In this document: piece by piece, positions 29,734-39,610 of the stretch
Layout of the letters: each line of letters begins with the position of its first letter
Numbering within the stretch: position 1 is the stretch's first letter
DNA from: Chthoniobacterales bacterium
GTDB lineage: Bacteria > Verrucomicrobiota > Verrucomicrobiia > Chthoniobacterales > Chthoniobacteraceae
Length of the DNA stretch: 64,000 bases
Reading direction: 5' to 3'
Assembly (NCBI GenBank): GCA_038207335.1
Contig: JBBQZX010000002.1
Location: 192,001 to 256,000 of the forward strand
The notes under the pieces: generated by a model
The model's input: the letters and a program-made list of their open reading frames with translations, nothing else
What the model was told of the DNA's origin: nothing
The model's database searches: none
Program-made: the position numbers and the translations under genes

Positions 29734-31140
29734 CTACAGCGACAGGGGCTGACCGGGGGTGGGGATGATGACTTCGGTGCCGGGGAGGTCGGCGCTGAGG
29801 GTGGCGCGGAACCATTCGGCGGCGGAGGGGTCGCCGTGGACGAGGAGGATTTTGCGGGGGCGGACGCGGTTGGCGTAGGCGCGGAGGGATTCGCGGGAGG
29901 CGTGGCCGCTGAAGGCGAAGGATTCGACTTTGCACCGCAGTTCCTGCGGCGGGAAATCGGGGCTGACTTGGACGAGGTCGCCGGGGGCTGCAGCGCGGAT
30001 TTTTCCCGCAGGGGAGGCCGGGTCGGCGTATCCAACGAACATGAGGGACTGCGTGGGGTCGCTGAGGATGTGGCGCGCGACGGTGTTGGAGATGGTTTTC
30101 TCGGTCATCATGCCGCTGGAGAGGGCGTAGACGCGCTCGGGTTTGATGGCGAGCATCGCGGCTTCCTGGCCGCCGACGACGAAGGGGGCGACTTCGTCGA
30201 GGAGCTGCAGGCCGGGGTGCTGGCGCGGGGCTTTGCCAGCGAGGCGGTCGGTGATTTCGGTGACTTTCGCGCCGAGGCCGCCGATGTAGATGGCGCAGTC
30301 GCGGGCGAGGAGGCCGCGCGTTTTGAAGCCGTGAAACATGGCGAGGAGCTCCTGCGTCTTGCCGAGCGCGAAGAGGGGCATGAGGACGCCGCCGCCCCCG
30401 GCGAATGCGGTCTGGATGGCCTCGGCGAGGCGGAGCTCTTCGGCGGCGCGGGTGTAGCCTTCGGGCGCTGCGTGGTCGCCGCGCGTGGTCTCCATGATGA
30501 GCACGTCGAGGGGCTCGTCGGGGAATTGCGCGGCCTGCATGAGGGTCTGGTCGTCGAAATTGACGTCGCCGGTGTAGAAGATGGAGCGGCCTTCGGCGCG
30601 GAGGAGGACACCGGCGGAGCCGAGGATGTGGCCGGCATCGAACAGCTCCAGCGAGACGTCCGCCGTCTCGCTGACGCCGAGCCTTTCACCCGAAAGATCG
30701 AACCGCTGGCGGAGTGGCACGGGCAGCCAGCGGCGCGCGCAGCCGTCGAGTTCGCGATGGGTGTAGAGCGGGTAGGAGGTGATGCCCTCGTCGCGCTTTT
30801 TCATCATGACATTCACGGAATTGTGGAGCATGGCCTCGCTGAGGGCGCGGGTGGCCTCGGTCAGGAAGACGGGGGCGCGCGGGTGGCGGCGCATGAGGAC
30901 CGGGGCCGAGCCGACGTGGTCCTGGTGCGCGTGGGTGAGGACGATGGCGTCGAGGGAGTCGTCGTCGATGAGGGCGTGGTTTGGGAGGCCGGCGTCGCCC
31001 TCGATGCGGGGATGGGCGCCGGAGTCGAGGACGACGCGGCGGCCTGCGATGTCGAGGAGGTAGGAGTTCGCGCCGATTTCGACCGCGCGTGTGAGGTTTG
31101 TGAAGGTAATCGGCATGTCCAGGCGGACGATGCGGGACAT
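29734..31140 (-). CDS. MBL-fold beta-CASP ribonuclease (CPSF73/Ysh1-like)
   Basis: THAHQDH, AGHILGS, YTGD, METTRG, FSGHA, LVHG; alternative start 31116. Confidence 0.9.
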   Translation of the reverse strand: MSRIVRLDMPITFTNLTRAVEIGANSYLLDIAGRRVVLDSGAHPRIEGDAGLPNHALIDDDSLDAIVLTHAHQDHVGSAPVLMRRHPRAPVFLTEATRALSEAMLHNSVNVMMKKRDEGITSYPLYTHRELDGCARRWLPVPLRQRFDLSGERLGVSETADVSLELFDAGHILGSAGVLLRAEGRSIFYTGDVNFDDQTLMQAAQFPDEPLDVLIMETTRGDHAAPEGYTRAAEELRLAEAIQTAFAGGGGVLMPLFALGKTQELLAMFHGFKTRGLLARDCAIYIGGLGAKVTEITDRLAGKAPRQHPGLQLLDEVAPFVVGGQEAAMLAIKPERVYALSSGMMTEKTISNTVARHILSDPTQSLMFVGYADPASPAGKIRAAAPGDLVQVSPDFPPQELRCKVESFAFSGHASRESLRAYANRVRPRKILLVHGDPSAAEWFRATLSADLPGTEVIIPTPGQPLSL

Positions 31141-31241
31141 CGGCGGGAATGGGAATGCGGAACTCCGCGCGCGGGCCGCCGGGCACTCATTTTTGGGCCA
31201 CCCGCATTGACTTCAAAGTCGCCGCTCCTATTGTCCGCGCG

Positions 31242-32264
31242 GTGAATAAAGCCGCGAAGCTCGAACCTGCGATCGACAAAAATCAGTCATTAAAAACCAC
31301 GTTCGAGCTGATTAATTCGCAGCTCTACTCGGTCGAGGAACGCATCCGACAGCAAGCGCGGGCGTTCGATCCGGCGGTGGAGGGATACGTCGCGTATGCG
31401 ATCGAAAGTCACGGCAAACGTCTGCGCCCCGCGCTCGCGCTGCTCGCGGGCGGCGCGACTGGAAATATCTGCGCGGGACATTTCGACCTCGCGGTCGTCG
31501 TCGAGCTCATCCACGCAGCGACGCTCGTCCACGACGACATCCTCGACGGCGCGGACAAGCGGCGCGGCCAGCCGACCGCGAATGCCAAGTGGGGCAACTC
31601 GATCTCCGTGCTGCTCGGCGACTGCCTTTTCGCGCACGCGCTGAAGCTCTCGTCGAACTTTCCGAATGGCGAGATCGGCCGCCGCATCGCGCACGCGGCG
31701 AGCGATGTCTGCTCCGGCGAGATCATCCAGACGCAGCGGCGCTTCGACCTGAGCCTGAGCGTGCCCGACTACTATAAGATCATCGAGATGAAGACCGGCG
31801 CGCTCTTCGCCGCATCGACGGAACTCGCGGCGTTCATCAATGAGGCGGATGTGGAGGTGATCAGCGCGTTCAAGATTTTCGGCCTGCGGCTCGGCACGGC
31901 GTATCAGATTTACGACGACTGTGTGGACCTCGCAGGCGACGAAGCGAAGGCCGGGAAAACGCTCGGCAGCGATTTGCGAAAAGGAAAGCTGACGCTGCCG
32001 ATTTTGCACCTGCTCCAGCACAGCGACGCGGCGGAGCGGCAGCGGCTCAGCGAAGTGATCCTCAGCGGCGGCGACTCCGATCTCGACTACCTCGTGACCC
32101 GCGCGATCGAGGGCGGCGCGATCAAAGCCGCCGTCTCCACCGGGCGCAAAATGCTGCGCGACGCCGAGAGTCAGCTCGACCTCGTCCCGCGCAACAAATA
32201 CCGCGACGCGCTCACCGAACTCGTCACGACGCTCGACGCGATGATCGCGCCATTCGGCAGGTAG
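31242..32264 (+). CDS. Polyprenyl diphosphate synthase (IspB-like)
   Basis: GKRLRP, LVHDDILD..RRG, KTGALF, YQIYDDCVD, GKLTLP; GTG start. Confidence 0.93.
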   Translation: MNKAAKLEPAIDKNQSLKTTFELINSQLYSVEERIRQQARAFDPAVEGYVAYAIESHGKRLRPALALLAGGATGNICAGHFDLAVVVELIHAATLVHDDILDGADKRRGQPTANAKWGNSISVLLGDCLFAHALKLSSNFPNGEIGRRIAHAASDVCSGEIIQTQRRFDLSLSVPDYYKIIEMKTGALFAASTELAAFINEADVEVISAFKIFGLRLGTAYQIYDDCVDLAGDEAKAGKTLGSDLRKGKLTLPILHLLQHSDAAERQRLSEVILSGGDSDLDYLVTRAIEGGAIKAAVSTGRKMLRDAESQLDLVPRNKYRDALTELVTTLDAMIAPFGR

Positions 32265-32325
32265 CGCGCGGCGGGAAAACTTCCGCCTTTCGCCTGCCCG
32301 CCCGCCTGCTAACACCAGCCGCGGC

Positions 32326-33021
32326 ATGGCCTCGCTCACGATCCACGAACTCCCCGAAGCCGAGCGCCCGCGCGAAAAGCTCGCCGCGCTCGGAGCCGGC
32401 GCGCTGAGCGACAGCGAGCTCATCGCGATCCTCCTGCGCACCGGCATGAAAGGCGCGAGCGCCATCGACATCGGGCGGCAGCTCATCCTGAAATTCGGCT
32501 CACTCGGCGCGCTCTCGCGCTGCACCGTGCCCGAACTTTCGAAGATCAAAGGCATCGGCCCCGCCAAAGCCGTGCAGCTCGCCGCGGCATTTGGACTCGG
32601 CCAGCGCCTCGCCCGCGAGTCGCTCTCGAAACGGCCCATGGACACGCCCGAACTCGTTTTCGAACTCCTCGGCGCGGAGATGCGCGCGCTGCACAAGGAA
32701 TCCGTCCGAGTCGTCCTCCTCGACACGAAATATCACCTCATCCGCGTCGAGGAAATCTCGCTCGGCAGCCTCAATGAAAGCCTCGCCCATCCGCGCGAGA
32801 TCTTCCGTCCGGCCCTGATCCACGCAGCGTTTGGCGTAATCGTCGTCCACAACCACCCGTCCGGCGACCCGAGCCCGAGCAGCGCCGACCGAACCCTCAC
32901 CGAGCGCCTCAAGGACGCCGCTAAATTGCTCCAAATCCGGCTCCTCGACCACATCATCCTCGGCAACGCGGACAACGGCCGGACCCCGTGGTTCAGCTTC
33001 AAATCGGCCGGCCTCATTTGA
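32326..33021 (+). CDS. radC: RadC/UPF0758 JAB-domain protein
   Basis: RPREKL...LSDSELIAILLRTG, HhH motif GIGPAKA, HNHPSGDPSPS..D. Confidence 0.95.
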   Translation: MASLTIHELPEAERPREKLAALGAGALSDSELIAILLRTGMKGASAIDIGRQLILKFGSLGALSRCTVPELSKIKGIGPAKAVQLAAAFGLGQRLARESLSKRPMDTPELVFELLGAEMRALHKESVRVVLLDTKYHLIRVEEISLGSLNESLAHPREIFRPALIHAAFGVIVVHNHPSGDPSPSSADRTLTERLKDAAKLLQIRLLDHIILGNADNGRTPWFSFKSAGLI

Positions 33022-33026
33022 ACGCG

Positions 33027-33833
33027 ATGATCCATCCCACGGCAGTCATTCATCGCGATGCGCGAATCGGCGCGGGTGTCCGCGTCGGGCCATTCGCGGT
33101 CATCGAGGGAGCGGCGGAAATCGGCGACGGCTGCGAGATTCAGGCGCACGCAGTCATCGGAGCGCGTGTCATTTTGGGAAAAGAGAATGTCATCGGCTAC
33201 GGAGCGATCGTCGGCGGCGACCCGCAGGATTTCTCATTCAAGCCCGAGGTGCACAGCGAGGTGCGAATCGGCGACGGAAATAAAATCCGCGAGTACTGCA
33301 CGATCCACCGCGGCACCACCGACGGCAGCGCGACCGTCATCGGCAACGTCTGCTTCCTCATGGTCGGCGCGCATCTCGCGCACAATGTCCGGCTCGGCGA
33401 CAGCGTCATCATTGCCAACAACGCGCTGCTCGGCGGACACGTCGTGGTGGAGGATCGCGTCTTCATCGGCGGCGGATGCGTCTTCCACCAGCACATCCGC
33501 ATCGGCCGGCTCGCCATCTGCCAGGGCCTCTCCGCGTTCAGCAAAGACGTGCCGCCTTTCACGGTCGGCGCCGAGCGAAATGGTGTCGCCGGCCTGAATA
33601 TCGTCGGCCTGCGCCGCGCCGGCCTCGACAGCGCTGCGCGGGCGGAAATCAAAGCCGCATTTTCGCTCCTCTACCGGAGCAAGCTGAACCTGACCCAAGC
33701 CCTCGCCGCCGCCCGCGAGCGCCCGTGGGGACTTGAAGCGACGGCGTTCTTCGATTTCGTCACTGCCGCGAAAAAGCGCGGCATCTGCGACCTCCTCGCC
33801 TCGCGCGACGGCGGGTGCGATCGAGACGAGTAG
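33027..33833 (+). CDS. lpxA: UDP-N-acetylglucosamine O-acyltransferase
   Basis: IHPTAVI hexapeptide repeats, GGDPQD, IREYCTIHRGT, KDVPPF, GLNIVGLRRAG. Confidence 0.9.
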   Translation: MIHPTAVIHRDARIGAGVRVGPFAVIEGAAEIGDGCEIQAHAVIGARVILGKENVIGYGAIVGGDPQDFSFKPEVHSEVRIGDGNKIREYCTIHRGTTDGSATVIGNVCFLMVGAHLAHNVRLGDSVIIANNALLGGHVVVEDRVFIGGGCVFHQHIRIGRLAICQGLSAFSKDVPPFTVGAERNGVAGLNIVGLRRAGLDSAARAEIKAAFSLLYRSKLNLTQALAAARERPWGLEATAFFDFVTAAKKRGICDLLASRDGGCDRDE

Positions 33834-33971
33834 CGCCTCGTGAGCATGGGTCACGTGCTCCAGCGATGTCACCCCGCCACCGAGCTCACCCCGACAGCCG
33901 CGGTTCAAACTGACCGGCGTTCCTTTCCGGTTGCCCGTGCGCCCGCGCGTTTCCTAGAACATCCGTCCCAC

Positions 33972-34454
33972 ATGAAATTCGCTCTCCCTGTGCTCGCACT
34001 TTTAGCCGCATTTTTCGCCGGCTGTGCGACCACACCGCCTGGCTCCGGAAAGCCCGCGAAGCCCGGTCAGAAAATGACCGTGCGCACCACTGCCTACACC
34101 CACACCGAGGCCGGCGGGCGCAAAAATGGCGTCGATGGCGTGCTGCATTTCGGCGGCGATGTTTACAGCAGCGCGGCGGATTGGTCGTGGATGCCGCTCG
34201 GCACGCGCTTCGTGATGAACGGCCACAAATACGTCATCGAGGACTACGGCTCCGCGCTCGTCGGGCGCAAAACGATCGACCTCTACATGCCGAGCCGCGC
34301 GATGATGAACCGCTGGGGCGTGCGTACTGTGGAAATCGAAATCCTCGAGTGGGGCTCGAACGTCATGAGCCTGAAACTGCTCGAAGGGCGCATGAAAAAT
34401 TCGCACGTCCGCACGATGGTCGCCTCCCTCCGGAAGCAGAGGAAGGCGTCGTAG
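33972..34454 (+). CDS. 3D-domain lipoprotein (MltA-like cell-wall enzyme fold)
   Basis: Lipobox FFAGC; RTTAY, AADW, IEDYG, TIDLY. Confidence 0.85.
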   Translation: MKFALPVLALLAAFFAGCATTPPGSGKPAKPGQKMTVRTTAYTHTEAGGRKNGVDGVLHFGGDVYSSAADWSWMPLGTRFVMNGHKYVIEDYGSALVGRKTIDLYMPSRAMMNRWGVRTVEIEILEWGSNVMSLKLLEGRMKNSHVRTMVASLRKQRKAS

Positions 34455-34489
34455 CTCATTCAGTTTCCGAAGCCTCGTTTTTACAAAGC

Positions 34490-35461
34490 ATGAACATCCT
34501 CGTCACCGGCGGCGCCGGCTACATCGGCAGCATCTGCGTCGAGCAACTCCTCGACGCCGGACACAGCGTCACAGTCTTTGACAACCTCACCGAAGGCCAT
34601 CGCGCTGCGGTCGATCCGCGCGCGATGCTCATCGTCGGTGACCTCGCGCACCGCGATGCGATCGACGACGCGATGCGCGCCGTGCAGCCCGACGCCGTCA
34701 TGCACTTCGCCGCGAATGCGCTCGTCGGCGAGTCGATGACAAACCCGTCGAAGTATTTCCGCAACAACGTCTCCGCCGGAATCAACCTCCTCGACGCGAT
34801 GACCGACGCGGGCGTGAAGCGGCTCGTCTTCAGCTCGACGTGCGCCACTTTCGGCCTGCCCGAGCGCGTGCCGATCGACGAGACGCTGCCGCAATCGCCG
34901 ATCAATCCGTACGGCGAATCGAAGCTTCTTTTTGAGAAAATCCTGCGCTGGTACGGCGAGATTCACGCGTTGAAATTCGTCGCGCTCCGATACTTCAACG
35001 CCGCGGGCGCGACCGAGAAATTCGGCGAGGATCACCGCATCGAGACGCACCTCATCCCGAACGTGCTCAAAGTCGCTCTCGGGCAAAAATCGCACGTCGA
35101 GATTTTCGGCACCGACTACGAGACGCCCGATGGCACCTGCATCCGCGACTACATCCACATCATCGATCTCGCGCAGGCGCACATGCTCGCGCTCGAGACG
35201 GCGGAGAGCGCGTTCTTCAATCTCGGCACCGGCGGCGGCACGAGCGTTCGCGAAATCATCGCCTCGTGCGAGCGCGTCACGGGCAAGACGATCCCGGTTG
35301 TCGAGAAACCGCGCCGTCCCGGCGATCCCGCCCGGCTCATTGCGGCGTCCGAGAAAATCGCACGCTCGCTCGGCTGGAAACCCCGTTTCCAAGCCATAGA
35401 CACGATCATCGAAAGCGCGTGGTCTTGGCACGTCCGCAACGCCGGTGGGTACGGCGACTGA
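34490..35461 (+). CDS. galE: UDP-glucose 4-epimerase
   Basis: VTGGAGYIGS, FSSTCA, PYGESK, LRYFNAAGA, DGTCIRDYIH. Confidence 0.96.
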   Translation: MNILVTGGAGYIGSICVEQLLDAGHSVTVFDNLTEGHRAAVDPRAMLIVGDLAHRDAIDDAMRAVQPDAVMHFAANALVGESMTNPSKYFRNNVSAGINLLDAMTDAGVKRLVFSSTCATFGLPERVPIDETLPQSPINPYGESKLLFEKILRWYGEIHALKFVALRYFNAAGATEKFGEDHRIETHLIPNVLKVALGQKSHVEIFGTDYETPDGTCIRDYIHIIDLAQAHMLALETAESAFFNLGTGGGTSVREIIASCERVTGKTIPVVEKPRRPGDPARLIAASEKIARSLGWKPRFQAIDTIIESAWSWHVRNAGGYGD

Positions 35462-35539
35462 GGGATTTTCGCATTTTCCGATTTCTGCAACGCGGACGCG
35501 GTGGCCGTGTTTCAGCACATTCACCGCTTCCCTTCTCGC

Positions 35540-37201
35540 ATGAAACTGCTCGCATCCCTCCTCCTGCTCGCGCTCGCGCTCCCTGCTTTTGCAGCGGAAA
35601 AACCGAACGTCCTTTTTATCGCGGTCGATGATCTCAAGCCCATGCTCGGCTGCTACGGCGACAAGACGATCCTGTCTCCGAACATCGACCGGCTCGCAAA
35701 GCGCGGCGTCGTCTTCAACAGAGCGTATGCGAACCAGGCTGTCTGCGCGCCGTCGCGCAATGCGCTGCTCACCGGCCTGCGTCCACAGACCGTCGGCATC
35801 TACGATCTCGGCACGAATTTCCGCGCCTCGACGCCGGATGCGATCACGCTGCCGCAATACTTCATGCGGAACGGATACCGTACCGAGGCAGTCGGGAAAA
35901 TCTTCCACGTCGGCCATGGCAATCACGAAGACCCCGCGTCGTGGAGCGTACCGCATTGGGCCGCGAAAAGCATCGCCTACCTGCTGCCTGAAAATCATGC
36001 GAAAGACGGGCTGACACGCGAGGAAGCGTTCTTCGCCAACGCCGGCGTCGATGTCGGCAAACTCCCGCGCGGCGCGTTTTACGAGGCAGCGGATGTTGCC
36101 GACGACGCGTATCCCGATGGCAAGGTCGCGGACGAGGCGATTCGGCGTCTCCGCGCGGCGAAGGAAAAGCCCGGCGATCCGTTCTTCATCGCGGTTGGCT
36201 TTCTGAAACCGCATCTCCCGTTTTGCGCGCCGAAGAAATACTGGGACCTCTACGACCCCGCGAAATTCGAGCTGCCCGCGCTGCGCACGCCGCCGGAAGG
36301 CGCGCCGAAGTTTGCCCCGACCACATGGGGCGAGTTGCGGCAGTACAGCGACATCCCGGAAGTCGGCCCGGTGACCGATGATCAAGCGCGCAAGCTCATC
36401 CACGGCTACCACGCCGCCGTCAGCTACTCGGATGCACAGCTCGGGAAAGTCATCGCTGCGCTCGATGAACTCGGCCTTTCAAAGAACACGATCATCGTGC
36501 TGTGGGGCGATCACGGCTGGCATCTCGGCGACCACGGCATGTGGAGCAAGCACACGAATTACGAGCAAGCCGCGCATCTCCCCCTCATCGTCTCCGCGCC
36601 CGGCGCAGCCAGCGACGCGCACACCGATGCGCTCGTCGAGACCGTCGATATTTACCCGACTCTCTGCGAACTCGCCGGCCTGCCAGCGCCGTCTGGCCTT
36701 GATGGCAGGAGCTTCGCCGCGACAGTGCGCGATCCTGCGACGCCGACAAAAGACTCGATCACACACGTCTTTCCGCGCGGGCAAATGATCGGCCGCGCCA
36801 TCCGCACCGCACGTTATCGGCTCGTCGAGTGGAAAAAGCCGGGCGCTCCGGCGGACACCGCGGTGCTCGAGCTTTACGATTACCAAGACGACCCGGCGGA
36901 GACGAAAAACCTCGCCGCCGCGCAGCCGGAAGTCGTCGCGCAGCTCCGCGAAATCCTCGCGAAACAACCCGAAGCAAAGCCGCAGGTTTCCGGCCGATCC
37001 GCTGCGCAGCCCGCGAAAGATCGCGCCACGATGTTTGCCGAGCGCGACACCGATCACGACGGGAAGCTCACGCGCGACGAGTTCCTCCTCCATCAGCCCG
37101 ATCCGAAAGAAGCGCCGAAGCGCTTCGACAAATTCGACACGAACAAAGACGGGGCCTTGAGCCGCGAGGAGTTCATCACATCAGGCGGCGCGAACCATTG
37201 A
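35540..37201 (+). CDS. Secreted sulfatase (iduronate-2-sulfatase-like) with a C-terminal EF-hand pair
   Basis: PNVLFIAVDDL, CAPSR, GKIFH, KPHLP, GDHG; DTDHDGKLTRDEF and DTNKDGALSREEF. Confidence 0.92.
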   Translation: MKLLASLLLLALALPAFAAEKPNVLFIAVDDLKPMLGCYGDKTILSPNIDRLAKRGVVFNRAYANQAVCAPSRNALLTGLRPQTVGIYDLGTNFRASTPDAITLPQYFMRNGYRTEAVGKIFHVGHGNHEDPASWSVPHWAAKSIAYLLPENHAKDGLTREEAFFANAGVDVGKLPRGAFYEAADVADDAYPDGKVADEAIRRLRAAKEKPGDPFFIAVGFLKPHLPFCAPKKYWDLYDPAKFELPALRTPPEGAPKFAPTTWGELRQYSDIPEVGPVTDDQARKLIHGYHAAVSYSDAQLGKVIAALDELGLSKNTIIVLWGDHGWHLGDHGMWSKHTNYEQAAHLPLIVSAPGAASDAHTDALVETVDIYPTLCELAGLPAPSGLDGRSFAATVRDPATPTKDSITHVFPRGQMIGRAIRTARYRLVEWKKPGAPADTAVLELYDYQDDPAETKNLAAAQPEVVAQLREILAKQPEAKPQVSGRSAAQPAKDRATMFAERDTDHDGKLTRDEFLLHQPDPKEAPKRFDKFDTNKDGALSREEFITSGGANH

Positions 37202-37209
37202 GTCTCGCG

Positions 37210-38574
37210 ATGCGTCTTCGGCCAATCTTCGCCGCGCTCGTTCTCTCGCTGATCCTCACCGCGAACGGGGGGGCCTCGGAGAGGCCGAATATCCTCTTCC
37301 TTTTCGCCGACGATCAGCGCGCCGACACCATCGCCGCGCTCGGAAATCCGGCGATCAAGACACCGAATCTCGACCGACTCGTGAAGGCCGGAATGGTCTT
37401 CAACCGCGCCTACATGCAGGGCGGAATGCAGGGCGCGACGTGCGTCCCGTCCCGCGCGATGCTCCTTTCGGGTCGCTCGCTTTTCCACATCGATGAAAAG
37501 CTGATGCGCGACGAGACATGGCCCGCGGCGTTTGGAAAAGCGGGATACATCACGTTCATGAGCGGCAAGTGGCACAACGGCCCGGCATCGCTCCCGCGGT
37601 CGTTTCAACAAGCGCGCGGCGTCTTCACCGGCGGAATGACGAATCCCGCGCACGCCCCGCTGCGCGACCTCGCCGACGGCAAGCTGACGCCGGCCCGCGT
37701 CGCCGCGAAGCACGCGTGCGAGGTCTTCGCCGACGAGGCGATTCGTTTCATTGGTGAGAAAAAGAGCGCGCCTTTTTTCTGCTACGTGCCTTTCGACGCG
37801 CCGCACGATCCGCATGTCGTGCCGGATGATTTCCCGGTCCGCTACAACCCCGCGGACATCCCGCTGCCCGCAAATTTCCTCCCGCAGCATCCGTGGGACA
37901 ACGGCGAGATGCGCATCCGCGACGAACTCCTTCTCCCGACTCCGCGCACGCCCGAATCCGTCCGCGCGATGCTCGTGGAATACTACCGCTACATCTCATT
38001 TCTCGACGCGCAGATCGGGCGCATCCTCGACGCGCTCGCCGCATCTCCGGCGGCGGAAAACACGATCGTCGTCTTCACCTCCGACTCCGGCGTCGCGCGC
38101 GGGAGCCACGGGTTGATCGGAAAGCAAAACCTCTACGAGTTCGACTCCGTACGCGTCCCGCTCATCGTCGTCGGCCCGGGAATCAAGGCGGGAAGCCGAA
38201 CGGACGCTCTTTGCTATCTCTACGACGTGCTGCCGACTCTCGGGAAAATCTGCGGCATCCCGGCCCCCGCGACGAGCGAAGGTATCGACTTTTCCGGCAC
38301 GCTCCACAATGCGACGCAGCCCGCGCGGAAGCATCTCGTCTTCGCCTACAAAGACGTGCAGCGCGCCATCTGCGATGAACGCTGGAAGCTCATCCGGTAT
38401 CCGGTCGTCGATCGCACGCAGCTCTTCGACCTGCAAAGCGACCCGCTCGAAATCACCAATCTCGCCGACGCCCCCGAACACGCCGCGAAGCGTGCGGAAC
38501 TCACGTCACTGCTCGCCACCGAACTCAAACTCGCCGGCGACAAATTCGACCTCACCGCCGCTCGCAAGCCGTAG
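37210..38574 (+). CDS. Secreted sulfatase (S1 family)
   Basis: RPNILFLFADDQR, CVPSR, GKWH, APHDP, GKQNLYE. Confidence 0.92.
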   Translation: MRLRPIFAALVLSLILTANGGASERPNILFLFADDQRADTIAALGNPAIKTPNLDRLVKAGMVFNRAYMQGGMQGATCVPSRAMLLSGRSLFHIDEKLMRDETWPAAFGKAGYITFMSGKWHNGPASLPRSFQQARGVFTGGMTNPAHAPLRDLADGKLTPARVAAKHACEVFADEAIRFIGEKKSAPFFCYVPFDAPHDPHVVPDDFPVRYNPADIPLPANFLPQHPWDNGEMRIRDELLLPTPRTPESVRAMLVEYYRYISFLDAQIGRILDALAASPAAENTIVVFTSDSGVARGSHGLIGKQNLYEFDSVRVPLIVVGPGIKAGSRTDALCYLYDVLPTLGKICGIPAPATSEGIDFSGTLHNATQPARKHLVFAYKDVQRAICDERWKLIRYPVVDRTQLFDLQSDPLEITNLADAPEHAAKRAELTSLLATELKLAGDKFDLTAARKP

Positions 38575-38589
38575 AACAACACAACCCGC

Positions 38590-39573
38590 ATGCTCCCGAA
38601 TCTCACAGCCCTCCTCGCCGCGCTCCTCGTCGCCACTCCGCTCTTCGCATACGACCCGTTGCTCCTGCCGAAAACCGCTCCTGCCGAGCCGCGCGATTTC
38701 ACGATCCGCGATGAAGCTCGCAACCGCGACATTCCAATCCGCATTTATCTCCCGGTTCAAAAGGAAGCCGCACCCGTCGTGCTTTTCAGCCACGGACTCG
38801 GCGGCTCGCGCAATGGCGGCGCATATCTTGGCACCCAATGGGCCGCGCGCGGATACGTCGCCGTCTTCCTCCAGCACGCCGGAAGCGATGAGACGATCTG
38901 GAAGGACAAACCGCCTGCCGAACGCTTTGCGGCCATGAGCAGCGCGGCTTCGATCAAGAACTTCATCGCGCGCGTCGGCGATGTCTCGGCCACGCTCGAC
39001 CAGCTCGAAATGTGGAACGCCGACAGCAGCCACGAACTCGCCGGGCGGCTCGACATGAAGCACATCGGCATGAGCGGCCACTCGTTCGGCGCAGTCACGA
39101 CGCAGGCTGTGAGCGGCCAGAAGTTCTCCGCCACCAAGCCGCTGACCGACCCTCGCATCAAAGCCGCCATTGCCTTCAGCCCGAGCAAGCCCGCGGCGGG
39201 AGACGCCGCCACCGCGTTCGGCTCCGTCTCCATCCCGTGGCTGCTCATGACTGGCACGAATGACGTTGCACGCATCGGTGCCCATACGATCGGCCCCGAC
39301 GATGTCGCATCGCGGCTCGCCGTTTACCCAGCGCTTCCGCCGGGCGACAAATACGAAATTGTGCTCGACGGGGCGAACCACTACGCCTTCACCGACCGTG
39401 CCGACATCGGCGTGGAAACTCCGCGCAATCCCAATCATCACCGCGTCATCCTCGCCCTCAGTACCGCGTTTTGGGATGCCTTCCTCCGCGACGACCCCGA
39501 GGCAAAGGCTTGGCTGAACAGCGATGCGCCGCGGAAATTGATGGAGGAAAAGGATCGCTGGCAGAGAAAGTAG
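38590..39573 (+). CDS. Secreted alpha/beta hydrolase (dienelactone hydrolase-like)
   Basis: FSHGLGG, GHSFG nucleophile elbow, MTGTND, ANHYAF. Confidence 0.87.
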   Translation: MLPNLTALLAALLVATPLFAYDPLLLPKTAPAEPRDFTIRDEARNRDIPIRIYLPVQKEAAPVVLFSHGLGGSRNGGAYLGTQWAARGYVAVFLQHAGSDETIWKDKPPAERFAAMSSAASIKNFIARVGDVSATLDQLEMWNADSSHELAGRLDMKHIGMSGHSFGAVTTQAVSGQKFSATKPLTDPRIKAAIAFSPSKPAAGDAATAFGSVSIPWLLMTGTNDVARIGAHTIGPDDVASRLAVYPALPPGDKYEIVLDGANHYAFTDRADIGVETPRNPNHHRVILALSTAFWDAFLRDDPEAKAWLNSDAPRKLMEEKDRWQRK

Positions 39574-39610
39574 CAGCCCTGCGGCTTCCTTCGCGTCCAC
39601 CTCCTCCCTC

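Noticed and set aside
32326..33021. radC as a mobile-element marker
   Set aside because: Full-length chromosomal type with an HhH region, among housekeeping genes
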